A stretch of DNA of 26,502 bases from Octopus sinensis (GCF_006345805.1 NW_021834762.1:1-26502), one strand, 5' to 3'; shown: positions 11,318 to 22,194, counted from the first letter of the stretch. The notes: generated by a model from the letters alone, not told the origin. Made by a program: numbers and translations.

Positions 11318-11660
11318 CAACATCAACAACAGCAATCGACAAACATCGTTGTTGCTACTCTAACATAACAAATGCTATCATTAAATCAAACACCATTACA
11401 ATTGCCAACAACAATAAAAACGACAAGAACAGCTTCAACCACAGAAGATGAAAAAAAAATTCTGCATATTAAAACTCCAGCAGTTGTTGGTAGACAGTAA
11501 AAAGCAAAAACAAAAAAAGAAAAAAAAGAAAAAGAAAAAAAAGGAAAGAAAAATAGAATGTAAAGCTGACCTTTTTTTTTTTGAAAACTGTCGAGCTCTT
11601 GAGAGGCTTGGAAGGTATTTGAAAAATTCTATTCACTGTTGGGGGATATCTGGCTTCGTC

Positions 11661-11698
<38 letters not shown>

Positions 11699-11892
11699 AC
11701 CACAGAGAAACATAGATATTTAAATAGATAAACAAATAAATAAACGAACAAAAAAGTGATGTACGAAGAAGTATTTTAAAAAAGAGAATAATAATAATAA
11801 TAATAAATAGATAAGCTTAAATAAGCAAATTAGAAATAATGTGCTGGTAATGATTTCTTAATTGCAGGCATGAAGTGCTTAAAATTACGTTT

Positions 11893-11949
11893 AGTAGTAG
11901 TAGTATAGTAGTAGTAGTAGTAGTAGTAGTATAGTAGTAGTAGTAGTAG
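11893..11949. repeat. (GTA)n microsatellite
   Basis: Read directly. Confidence 0.9.
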
Positions 11950-12282
11950 AAAGGACGGTAACTCGACGATAGAGTGTAGGATAAGTTAAAAATGAAGTGT
12001 GATCATGTGAAGCAACAAAAACAAAATAATAAAAATAATTAAAGAAAAGTCCCCGAAAAGGGAGAGATTTCCCAGGGCTGCCTGTGGAAACCCCACGAAA
12101 TCCACAGTCAACCTGAGATTGCTAAGAACGATGCCCTTTCTTAGCTGTCCATCTTTAACGTAGAGGTGCATGTTCAGAGAAAGCGCCTTTGGGGTCAGAC
12201 CAAGCTCATCAAATCGTGTTCAACAAAGCACTGTGGTCCAGCTTTCAATAAAAACACTGGGAGCCAGCACTTTGCTTTACAT

Positions 12283-12470
12283 CAGGGGTCTCCAAAGTGA
12301 TCGATATCGATCCCTGGGGAGTCAATGGGACTATTCAAGAGGTCGATAAATACACATCTACTTAATTATTATTATTATTTATCTACTTTCTTGTATCTGC
12401 CTGGGGTGTCGATGAGGGATCAAGCATTCTATGAAGGGGGTCGACGGTCTAAAAAGTTTTGGGACCCCTG
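12283..12470. mobile_element. hAT-like MITE (188 bp)
   Basis: TIRs CAGGGGTCTCCAAA / TTTTGGGACCCCTG; 8-bp flanks CTTTACAT / TTTTGCAT (6 of 8 identical). Confidence 0.75.
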
Positions 12471-12527
12471 TTTTGCATCAGCATTTTACTTTAGAAATTG
12501 AACTTGAGAAAATTGATGAGATCTTAG

Positions 12528-12605
12528 CTAAAGAGGAAGGTGTCTGTTTTTATTCCCTTTCTGCCGCGTCCGCCACACAATCTCTATCACCACAGCCATC
12601 AGAAC
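12528..12605 (-). CDS. Possible terminal coding exon VLMAVVIEIVWRTRQKGNKNRHLPL* (hydrophobic helix end followed by a basic tail)
   Basis: T-rich tract plus AG acceptor at 12607-12606 on the minus strand; phase-0 frame open to TAG. No family identified. Confidence 0.2.
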   Translation of the reverse strand, partial: VLMAVVIEIVWRTRQKGNKNRHLPL

Positions 12606-13689
12606 CTTTCAGATAAAAATAAAAATAAATAAATAAATAACTAAATAAAGACGGAATGATTTTCAAAACGGGTTCAGCTGATAACCGGGTTCGTGTTACG
12701 CAAGACAGTTGCCATCTAACAGAACTGCACACGTCAGTAACTCTCAGAAAGACCTGGCTCACGACACTTCCGTGTACACAGAGTTTATCTCGAATCAGCA
12801 ATGGCTCTCGGTAGCACTGCTAGGCTAAGGATATCTAGAAATTATCCATGAGCTCCGGTCCGAAAGCCTTCCGGAACTGGCCAACTAGTTGATTTTCATC
12901 GATGTCTAGAATTTCCATGTCGACGTCGTCTGTTTTACTCGCCACTACTCCACTATAAAGTGTCAACTGGAGTTCCCAGCGACCACATTGCCCGACTTGT
13001 TGAAGACTGTGGCATTCCAGATGCCAATCGCACTCCTTCGATCTTTGTTCGATTTGGGAATGCTTCCCAAACGAGCTGAAGAAAACCGCGTCTGACAAAC
13101 GTTGCCTACAATTGCTCTCCATCAAGGAAGCACCTTAATGTATAACTGCCCATCATCATCCACGGCATGCCTCCTCCTCCTCCTCCTCACGCGCGCACAC
13201 GCACACGTGCAGCATGATTGGCATTCAACCACTTTTCCAGCGTTAGGTGCACGGGTCACCTTGTTAGATCTAATATGCGTGCTCTAAGACAAGAAAGAAC
13301 AGAAGCCATTTGATGGGACAAGATGGTGGAAGTTCGCACGTGTGTGTGTGTGTATGTGTGCGCGCGCGAAAGTGTGTGCATGTGTGTGTGTGTGCGTATG
13401 TGTATGCTTATGTGTATGTGTGTGTATGCTAATACGAGCGTGTGTGAGTGCGTGTGTGTGGCATGCTGTGTGTATTTATTCTGCTCTAAGATTTAAGCTA
13501 CTTCAGATTACGATCCCATTAACTAGCGGTTCGACAAACAGAGATCGATGAAATGCATGCAACACTAACAACACTGAAACATCTACGCATGTCCGTATGA
13601 GAAAATAAATTTTCGGCGGTGGTATCCCCACATCGTCACAGATCAATGACTGGCACATGTATACATATCTTTCAAAATTCTTTCTGGCA

Positions 13690-13930
13690 CTGTCGGTCTC
13701 TTTGACCCAACCGTTAAGTTACGGAGACGTAAACAAACCAACATACATTGCCAAGTTGTGAGGGTGGGACGAACGTAAACTCATAAAACTATGTACTATA
13801 CGGCGTACTTCCACACAGTTTCCGTCTAATGGTCGGTCCAGGGGCTGTAGTAGAAAACACTTGACCAGTGTGTGCCCCGCGGTGATACTAAACTCGAAAC
13901 CCCGTGGCCGCAAAACGAGATTCTTAAATG
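13690..13930 (-). mobile_element. SINE F3, heavily diverged
   Basis: AAGTTACGGAGACGTAAACAAACC and CAGTTTCCGTC..GGCTGTAGTAGAAAACACTTG match the F3 reverse complement. Confidence 0.65.
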
Positions 13931-13971
13931 GCACGTGAATATATACCTAAATAAAAAATAAAATAAAAATG

Positions 13972-14276
13972 AATGACCATGCGGTTGCACCTAAAAAGCT
14001 GCTCTCCGAGGCACAAGTCCAGGCAAGGTTATTTAGGAAAGACCAGTATTCGCCCATGCATACCGGCCCTCTCCTCTCCACGCCATCGATGTTGTCCAAG
14101 CGAAAGGTAAAGGCCGATACAGCTTGGCACCAGTGACGTCACAAATAATTTCTACAGCTGAGTGAACCGGAGCAGCGTAAAATAAAGTGTCTTGCTCAAG
14201 AACACAACACACAGCAGGAATCGAACTCACTACATCATGATTGTGTGCCCAAAATTCTAACCGCTGAGTCATGCGG
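13972..14276 (-). mobile_element. SINE F4 with a different 3' tail
   Basis: AAATAAAGTGTCTTGCTCAAG and ATCGAACTC head shared with 10592-10730; tail unrelated to the F2 tail. Confidence 0.7.
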
Positions 14277-14321
14277 CTACACACACACACATATACAAAT
14301 ATAACTACACATGTACCATAC

Positions 14322-14528
14322 AGTTCTATATTTAAGAGATGAGGAACTATGTACATTATTTACATTATTTACATTTGACGGATATTTGTCCTCATCTTGT
14401 TTGTTGTTAACACAACGTTTCGGTTGACATACCTTCCAGCCTAGTTGTTAAGAGCGCGGGCTACCAAAACAAAGATTCCGAGTTCGATTCCAAGCAGTGA
14501 CCTGAACAATAACAACAACAACAACAAC

Positions 14529-14559
<31 letters not shown>

Positions 14560-14710
14560 TCGAAAAATACCTTAGGAATGAGAACCTAGGTTCGAAATTT
14601 CCCCAAGACACCTGATGAAGGCTGGAGGAGGGTATACTGGCTGAAATGTTGAGTTAATAACAAACAAGATAAGGACAAATATCCGTTAAATGTAAATAAT
14701 GTAAATAATA
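14322..14710. mobile_element. Second H1 locus: inverted truncated arm (14322-14441, minus) plus tRNA-headed copy (14442-14710, plus)
   Basis: B-box GTTCGATTCC 14482-91, (AAC)(AAT) tract, degenerate hammerhead GACAC-CUGAUGA-A-GGCUG..GAAAU-GUU-GAGUU at 14607-14655; the left arm stops at ..CAGCC. Confidence 0.85.
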
Positions 14711-14770
14711 TATACACATGTGCCGTTAGCGATTTCTTCTCTTCCCTCTTTGAACTTTTTCCTTTCTCCC

Positions 14771-14803
14771 TTCCGACGAAGAGCTATGCACGAAACGTCA
14801 AAC
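14771..14803 (+). ncRNA. Degenerate hammerhead-like motif (H5, U4C core variant)
   Basis: CCGACGA-A-GAGC(UAU)GCAC-GAAAC-GUC; palindromic ACGU; stem I only 2 bp. Confidence 0.35.
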
Positions 14804-15014
14804 TCCCCCTTTCACCGAGTGTCAAACTAATACATTTCCTGTGTAATACACGATCGTTGTTTTCCATTTTTTTTCACTTTTTAGTCGTTTATTTGAATTA
14901 TCTACACACACACACACACATATATATATGTAGTCAACTCAAATAAACATAAATACACACAAACATATACGCACGCATGAAAGTTCGCACGCACGCACAC
15001 ACACCATATATAAG

Positions 15015-15227
15015 CCGGTGACAACCGATGTTAGTCTGTTAACGTCCCTGCAACTTATAACAACCAGTAATTTAGTGGTTCAGCAAGAATCCGATAGAAC
15101 AAGTACCAGACTTCCAAAAAGTAAGAACAGTGAGCGATTTCTTCGACTAAAAATTCTTTGAAGAGGTGCTACAGCGTGGCCGTATAAGATACGTGTAAGC
15201 GTGTGTGTGCGTGTGTGTGTTTGTGTG

Positions 15228-15264
<37 letters not shown>

Positions 15265-15480
15265 ATGTGTGTGTGTGTTTGTGTGTCTGTGTTTGTCTCT
15301 CCTAGCATTGCTTGACAACCGATGCTGGTGTGTTTACGTCCCCGTCACTTAGCGCTTCGGCAAAACAGTCCGATAGAATAAGTACTGGGCTTACAAAGAA
15401 TAAGTCCCGGGGTCGATTTGCTCGACTAAAGGTGGTGCTCCAGCATGGCCGCAGTCAAATGACTGAAACAAGTAAAAGAG
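15015..15480 (+). mobile_element. Two headless SINE F3 tail segments (15015-15184 and about 15200-15480, the latter with a GT tract)
   Basis: TGACAACCGATG..CGACTAAA..GGTGCT..GCATGGCCG tail motifs occur twice. Confidence 0.8.
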
Positions 15481-15652
15481 TAAAGAGTATAGCTATGAGA
15501 CAGACAGACAGATAAGCGAATTTGTCAACTGAAGATCAGATGAAGAAGCCTAAACGGCAACAGGTTCTGTAACTCAAAGGGGCCTAGGTGGCAGCACTGT
15601 AGCTGTGCATTTCCAACGCAATGTGTTTGTGTGTAAATAATCTGTGTGTTGA

Positions 15653-16252
15653 GGCGGCGAGCTGGCAGAAACGTTAGCGCGCCGGGCGAAATGCGTAGCC
15701 GTATTTCGTCTGCCGTTACGTTCTGAGTTCAAATTTCGCCGAGTTCGACTTTGCCTTTCATCCTTTCGGGGTCGATACATTAAGTACCAGTTACGCACTG
15801 GGGTCGATATAATCGACTTAATCCATCTGTCTATCCTTGTTTGTCCCCTCTGTGTTTAGCCCCTTGTGGGTAGTAAAGAAATAGGCATTTCGTCTGCTGC
15901 TACGTTCTGAGTTCAAATTCCGCCGAGGTCAACTTTGCCTTTCATCCTTTCGGGCTCGATAAATTAAGTACCAGTTACGCACTGGGGTCGATATAATCGA
16001 CTTAATCCATCTGTCTGTCCTTGTTTGTCCCCTCTGTGTTTAGCCCCTTGTGGGTAGTAAAAAATAGGCATTTCGTCTGCCGCTACGTTCTGAGTTCAAA
16101 TTCCGCCGAGGTCGACTTTGCCTTTCATCCTTTCGGGGTCGATTAAATAAGTACCAGTTACTCACTGGGCTTGATATAATCGACTTAATCCGTTTGTATG
16201 TCCTTGTTTGTCCTTTCTGTGTGTAGCCCCTTGTGGGTAGTGAAGAAATAAG
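15653..16252 (+). mobile_element. SINE F1: one head plus three tandem 183-184-bp bodies
   Basis: ATTTCGTCTGC unit starts at 15703, 15887 and 16070. Confidence 0.93.
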
Positions 16253-16708
16253 TAAATAATATGTGTGTGTGTGAGTGTTTGTGTGTGTTTTTCAAGGACA
16301 TGTCAATCAGACAGTCGGATGTGAGGGGAGCGGGAGTTACCCCACCCACATTGTTTTTTTTGTTTTCAATCTATTGACTTAAGGGTTTTATAATGAATAT
16401 AGAAATGAACCTTAAGACTGGTTTCTGCTCTTTGTTTTATATTATTTTCACTTTTGTTTTTTGTTGCCTTTTTTGTTGCCTTTTGTTTGTATTTCGTTCT
16501 TCACCCTTTCCTTCGTTTTATGCGGATGACGTTATTCGGAGTAACAAGCTAGTGTGTTTGTGGGGGGGGGGAGGTAGGAGAGATTAGTGAATGATATAAC
16601 TGGATGTAGTGATGTTCATCTGTAACTCTTTCGCCTGATGGAGCCCAGCGGTGACGTCATGTAACGGAGACTGAATAAAATGTAAATATAGACAGAAAAA
16701 TTCAAATT

Positions 16709-17110
16709 TGGCGGCGTAGTAAGAAGCTTGCTTAATAACCGCATGGTTCCGGGTTCAGTACCACTGCGTGGCACCTTGGGCAAGTGTTTTCTCCCATAGC
16801 CTCGGGCCGATCAAAGCCTTGCGAGTGGATTTGGTAGACGGAAATTGAAAGAAGCCCATCGTATATATATGCATGTATGTATGTATGTATGTATGTATGT
16901 ATGTATGTATTTGTGTGTCTGTATTAGTTCCACCACTACCATCGCTTGATAACCGTTGTTGGTGAGTTTACGTCCCTGTAATTAAGCGATTCGGGAAAGA
17001 GACCCATAGAATAAATACTAGGCTTACAAGGAATAATTCCTGGGGCCGATCTGTTCAACTGGAGGTGGTGCTCCAGCATGGCCGTAGTCAAATGACTGAA
17101 ACAAGTAAAA
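16709..17110 (+). mobile_element. SINE F3, near full length
   Basis: Head, CACCTTGGGCAAGTG, internal (TATG)n and tail all present. Confidence 0.88.
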
Positions 17111-17180
17111 AAAACAAAAGAATAAAAGAATTGCACAAGTGTATGCATGAGGAATAAAAAGGAGCAAACACACACACACA

Positions 17181-17213
<33 letters not shown>

Positions 17214-17275
17214 TCGCAGACGCACGCACACACACGCTCACACACGCATACACACATACACACGCATGCACATTT

Positions 17276-17582
17276 ACTTGTGTAAAGCCGGAAAAATGCG
17301 AGAAGGTACGAAGTCGACTACAATTTGAAAAGGAAACAACAAAATTGCAGTTTTATTGTGTATTTCTATATTTCGGGGTGAAGACCTCTTCTTCAGGACA
17401 TTCGGAAAAACAGTGTTTGGAACAACACATTTTTTCCAACCAATGCCTTTCAGAATATCCTGAAGAAGAGGTCTTCACCCCGAAATATAGAAATACACGG
17501 TAAAACTGCAACTTTGATCTGTTTTCTTTCCAATTGTAGTCTGCTTTGTACCTCCTCGCATTTTCGCGGCTTTACACAGGTA
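17276..17582. mobile_element. Fold-back repeat H3 (arms about 130 bp, spacer about 47 bp) with a hammerhead motif in each arm
   Basis: Arms 17276-17404 and 17452-17582; 41-bp perfect core 17358-17398 versus 17458-17498. Confidence 0.85.
17455..17494 (+). ncRNA. Minimal type I hammerhead motif (H3); mirror copy on the minus strand at about 17362-17401
   Basis: AUAUC-CUGAAGA-A-GAGGU(CUUC)ACCCC-GAAAU-AUA-GAAAU; palindromic AUAU stem III; stems I and II each pair 4 of 5. Confidence 0.6.
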
Positions 17583-17677
17583 CATTATTAATATATATGT
17601 GTAATATATTATTATATTATATATATATATATTAGATATATATATATATAATATTATGTGTGTGTATGTATGTATAT

Positions 17678-17795
17678 GTTAGTTAGTTAATTTTTTGGCT
17701 CAAAAAGCAAAAAGCAAGGCCATGTAGGGGGACATGGAGTTACGTACAGGGTAGTGTTCATGTAAAGAGTTCAGGCCACTTGAGGTCAAGGGAGA
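17678..17795 (-). mobile_element. Probable LINE 3'-end fragment with a (TAAC)n tail
   Basis: Minus strand ends GAGCCAAAAAATTAACTAACTAAC; resembles a recalled octopus repeat; too short to classify. Confidence 0.35.
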
Positions 17796-17797
17796 CA

Positions 17798-17960
17798 GGC
17801 GTAGGAGTGGCTGTCTGGTAAGTAGCTTGTTTACCAGCCACATGGTTCCAGGTTCAGTTCCACTGCGTGGCACCTTGGGCAAGTGGCTTCTACTATGGCC
17901 TCGAGCCGACCAAAGCCTTGTGAGTGGACTTGGTAGATGGAAACTGAAAGAAGCCCGTCG

Positions 17961-18001
<41 letters not shown>

Positions 18002-18011
18002 ATGTGTGTGC

Positions 18012-18051
<40 letters not shown>

Positions 18052-18110
18052 CTTGTGTATGTCACCCCAACATCGCTTGACAACCGATGCTGGTGTGTTT
18101 ACGCTCCATA
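17798..18110 (+). mobile_element. SINE F3, 3' truncated
   Basis: Near-consensus head and internal TA/TG tract; tail stops at TTTACG(C)TCC. Confidence 0.88.
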
Positions 18111-18113
18111 ACA

Positions 18114-18155
18114 TTAGAATTATACAAATTCGGGAATGAATTTGTATAATTCTAA
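18114..18155. other. Perfect 18-bp hairpin with a 6-nt loop
   Basis: TTAGAATTATACAAATTC-GGGAAT-GAATTTGTATAATTCTAA. Confidence 0.9.
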
Positions 18156-18409
18156 CCCAGAAACGCGTCCACAATTAATCAAAGACGGTTTAATTTCGTT
18201 ATTTTTCTTCTTTTGCCTATGTGGTTTGCAAATTTTGTTATCTGTGGAATAATATCTGTAGTAAGAAGGAATAAACTGTCTTTGGCTGCTATTTCTAAAT
18301 TTTCGGTATATATACTTTTTAAAACGGTCTCGAACCCAAAAGAATTAACAAGAGAGACGGAGACAGGCAGAAACTTGATTTGAACACTATACAAATATTC
18401 TTTTAAAAA

Positions 18410-18568
18410 TAGATAGACAGATAGATAGATAGTTAGATAGATAGATAGATAGATAGATAGAAAGAGAGATAGAGAGAGAGAGAGAGAGATAGATAGATAG
18501 AGAGAGAGATAGAGAGATAGATAAATAGATAGATAGATAGACAGACAGATAGATAGATAGATATATAG

Positions 18569-18611
<43 letters not shown>

Positions 18612-18618
18612 TAGGTAG

Positions 18619-18674
<56 letters not shown>

Positions 18675-18773
18675 GTGGGAAAGAGTGCGCGTGAGTGGAA
18701 AATTAGTTTAGTCAGTAAGCTAGAGAGAGAGAGAGAGAGAGACTGACAGATATGTATATATATATATATATAT

Positions 18774-18816
<43 letters not shown>

Positions 18817-19443
18817 TACATAAATAGATAGATAGGGAAGAGAGAAAGAGAGAGAGAGAGGGATGGAGAGAGAGAGGGAGGGAGAGAGAGAGGGAGAAAT
18901 GCAAGAGACCAAGTTAGCGAGATAGGTTAGTAGCAGTGGTGGGAGAAAAGGATATTAAAGGTGAGGTAGGAGTGAGGTAGAAATGCTGCTAGTGGCGGCG
19001 GCGGTGGTGGTGGTGGTGGCGATGGTGGAGGTGGCGACGGCGGTGGTGATGGTGTTTGACAGGTAAAGTAGGTCGGTCCGTGAGTCGTCGTCGGTAGACC
19101 TGTTGTTTGGTTGGCTGGCTGGCTGGCGGGCTGGCGGGCTGGCTGGTTGGCTGGTTGGTCGGTCGGTCGGTCGGTGAGGACTTCTATACATTCAGAAAAT
19201 GTAATTCAACGTGTGTGTATGAGAGGTTTCTTATGATAAACAAAGATGATACTTTGATTGAGGCCTACGCACACACACACACACACACACACCACACACA
19301 CACACATACGCTCACACTATGTATATACTCTCTCGTATACAGACTGTGTATACCCAAATAAATATATATTCCCACGTATTGCATATACCCACACATACGC
19401 ACATACATTCCTACATAGACACACACACACAAACATATATATA

Positions 19444-19478
<35 letters not shown>

Positions 19479-19595
19479 CATACGAACATATACTTACACA
19501 TATACGTACACACAATGTTAGATAAGCAGGGGAAGAGAAGGGGAGGAAAAGAGGGAGACAGGGAAAGAAAGTGAGAGAGAGAGAGAGAGATAGAG

Positions 19596-19640
<45 letters not shown>

Positions 19641-19727
19641 ACAATACACACAGACCAAGATACAGGCTGGCCGGTAAGGCAGGCGGTCGAGACAGACCAA
19701 GTGACAACAGATAGACAGACGACAACA

Positions 19728-19762
<35 letters not shown>

Positions 19763-19913
19763 AGACAGACAGACGGACGGACAAACAGGTAGGCACGCAG
19801 ACGGATAAGCGAGCAAACCAATATGCAGACAGACAGGCGGTCAGACTGACAGACCAGCAGACGGGCTCGTAGGGTAGGCAGAGGTGAAAGAGGGAGAGAG
19901 AGAGAGAGAGAGA

Positions 19914-19945
<32 letters not shown>

Positions 19946-20035
19946 CAGACAGTGATAGGCAGACGGTCAGACAGACAGACAAGCAGTCAAACGGACTGAC
20001 AGTCAAAGGGATCGAAAGACAGACAGACAGACAAA
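18410..20035. repeat. Long compound microsatellite field (GATA, GA, GGT, GGCT/GGTC, CA, TA, CAGA, CAGG)
   Basis: Read directly; explains the long low-complexity ORFs in the track. Confidence 0.9.
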
Positions 20036-20277
20036 CACAAATAGTTTAAGCGCCGTCTAACGACGTAATTTAGCGTCAGACAAAACACGGAAACAATTAA
20101 TATTATGATACCGGATCTCCGTCGTCAGGCGACGACGATTTGGTAGTAGTTATTCGATCAACTCTAATTAAATATTCGATGGGAGTTTTGCGGTGCGAAA
20201 ACGAATTCGTTAATTGCTAATTACGATCAGTGTTATAATTAGAATTATCTCCCTTCCACGTTGTGTTCGGATTTCAA

Positions 20278-20395
20278 ATGGCCTGCCTCGGTGGTAAGAT
20301 GTTTGTTTCTCAGTCCCATGGTCCTGGGTTCAATCTCACTGCGTGTCACTTTGGGTCGATCAGAGCCTTGTGAATATATTTGGTGGATTGAAACT
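20278..20395 (+). mobile_element. SINE F3 head fragment
   Basis: GTGGTAAGA..GGGTTCAATCTCACTGCGTG..GAGCCTTGTGA..TTTGGTGGA..GAAACT. Confidence 0.65.
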
Positions 20396-20397
20396 TG

Positions 20398-20585
20398 TAC
20401 TTGTTTCGGTTATTGGACCGCTGCCATGCTGGAGCACGGCCTCGATGGGACTTTGTTGAATAAATCGCCCCAGTACTCATTGATAAGCCTTAGTACTTAA
20501 TTTATCGCTCTTCTTTTACCAAACTGCTAGGTTAGGGGATGTAAACAAGTGAAATCGGTTGTCTAGCGATGGGGAGGGGCGACAA

Positions 20586-20636
<51 letters not shown>

Positions 20637-20768
20637 CGGCGGGCTTCTTTCAGTTTCCGTCAACCAAATCCACTCACAAAGCTTTGGTCGGCCCGAGGCT
20701 ATAGCAGAAGGCACTTGCCCATAGTGCCACGCAGCGGGAATGAACCGAGAACTTACCACACAGCCACT
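20398..20768 (-). mobile_element. SINE F3, full length
   Basis: Reverse complement of tail, CA tract and head. Confidence 0.85.
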
Positions 20769-20804
20769 TAAAATTTCTTCTCATATTTTCATCATTAAAT
20801 ATCG

Positions 20805-21012
20805 ATTTCCAATTTAACACAACGCCAGCAAGTTTGGGGGAGAGGATGAGTCAATTACATCGACCCCAGCGCTCAACTGGTACTTGTTTTATCGACTTCG
20901 AAAGAGTGAAAGGCAAAGTCGACCTCGGCGAAATTTGAACTCAGAACGTAAAGACAAACGAAATAGCGCTAAGCATTTCGCCCGGCGCGATAACGTTTCT
21001 GCTAGCTCGCCC
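20805..21012 (-). mobile_element. SINE F1 monomer
   Basis: Body and head match F1. Confidence 0.88.
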
Positions 21013-21029
21013 CTCTCTAGTAAAACATA

Positions 21030-21214
21030 TATTCTTTTCTACTCTAGACACAAGGGCTGAAATTCGGCGGGGGGTGGCAGTCGATTACTTAATTTATCAA
21101 CCTCGAAAGAATGAAAGGCAAAATCGACCTTGGCGGAATTTGAACTCAAAATGTAAAGACGGATGAAATACTGCTAAGCATTTCGTCCGGCATGCTAACG
21201 TTTCTGCCATTTCG
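21030..21214 (-). mobile_element. SINE F1 monomer with a small internal deletion
   Basis: Body and head match F1; adjacent to the previous copy but retains its own head. Confidence 0.85.
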
Positions 21215-21283
21215 TAACCTTATTATTTTATATTATTAAATTTTATCAGGATTTATATTTTTAAAAAGCGATTAAAATATTTG

Positions 21284-21431
21284 CTGTAAGGAGTGGCTGT
21301 GTGGTAAGAAGCTTGCTTCCCAACCACATGGTTCCGGGTTCAGTCCTTGGGCAAGTGCCTACTACTATAACCTCGGGCCGACTAGATCCTTGTGAGTGGA
21401 TTTAGTAGACAGAAACTGAAAGAAGCCCGTC

Positions 21432-21470
<39 letters not shown>

Positions 21471-21850
21471 GAAGCACTCCGTCGGTTACGACGACGAGGG
21501 TTCCGGTTGATCCGCTCAACGGAACAGCCTGCTCGTGAAATTAACGTGTAAGTGGCTGAGCACTCCACAGACACGTGTACCCTTAACGTAGTTCTCGGGG
21601 ATATTCAGCGTGACACAGAGAGTGACAAGGCCGGCCCTTTGAAATACAGGTACAACAGAAACAGGAAGTAAGAGTGAGAGAAAGTTGTGGTGAAAGAGTA
21701 CAGCAGGGATCACCACCATCCCCTGCCGGAGCCTCGTGGAGCTTTTAGGTGTTTTCGCTCAATAAACACTCACAACGCCCGGTCGGGGAATCGAAACCGC
21801 GATCCTACGACCGCGAGTCCGCTGCCCTAACCACTGGGCCATTGCGCCTC

Positions 21851-21897
<47 letters not shown>

Positions 21898-21925
21898 TAT
21901 AATATATATATTATATATATATATA

Positions 21926-21998
<73 letters not shown>

Positions 21999-22194
21999 CT
22001 GATGTGTCTGTGTTGATCAACCCACCATCGCTTGACAACCGATGTTGGCGTGTTTACGTCCTCGTAACTAGGCAGTTCATCAATAGAGAGCCATAGAATA
22101 ACTACTAGGCTTACAAAGAATAAGTCCTGGGGATCGATTTGTTCGACTACAGGCGGTGCTACAGCTTGGCCGCGCCTGAAACAAGTATAAGAAG
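21284..22194 (+). mobile_element. SINE F3 split by an F2 insertion in its internal microsatellite
   Basis: Head 21284-21432, tail about 22000-22194. Confidence 0.85.
21469..21851 (-). mobile_element. SINE F2, near-consensus copy nested in F3
   Basis: Complete reverse complement of F2 from TGGAAGCACTCC to CATTGCGCCTCC. Confidence 0.93.

Noticed and set aside
15703-16252. 184-bp tandem units as a CRISPR array or satellite
   Set aside because: Eukaryotic context, no unique spacers, and the units are SINE bodies found dispersed elsewhere in the window.
16652-16659. CRE palindrome TGACGTCA (also at 14134-14141)
   Set aside because: An isolated 8-mer, one copy inside a SINE, with no promoter context.
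18969-19060. GGT/GGC-rich stretch ending in ACAG|GTAAAG as an exon (signal-peptide-like or Gly-rich frame)
   Set aside because: Low-complexity trinucleotide repeat inside a microsatellite field, with no independent support.
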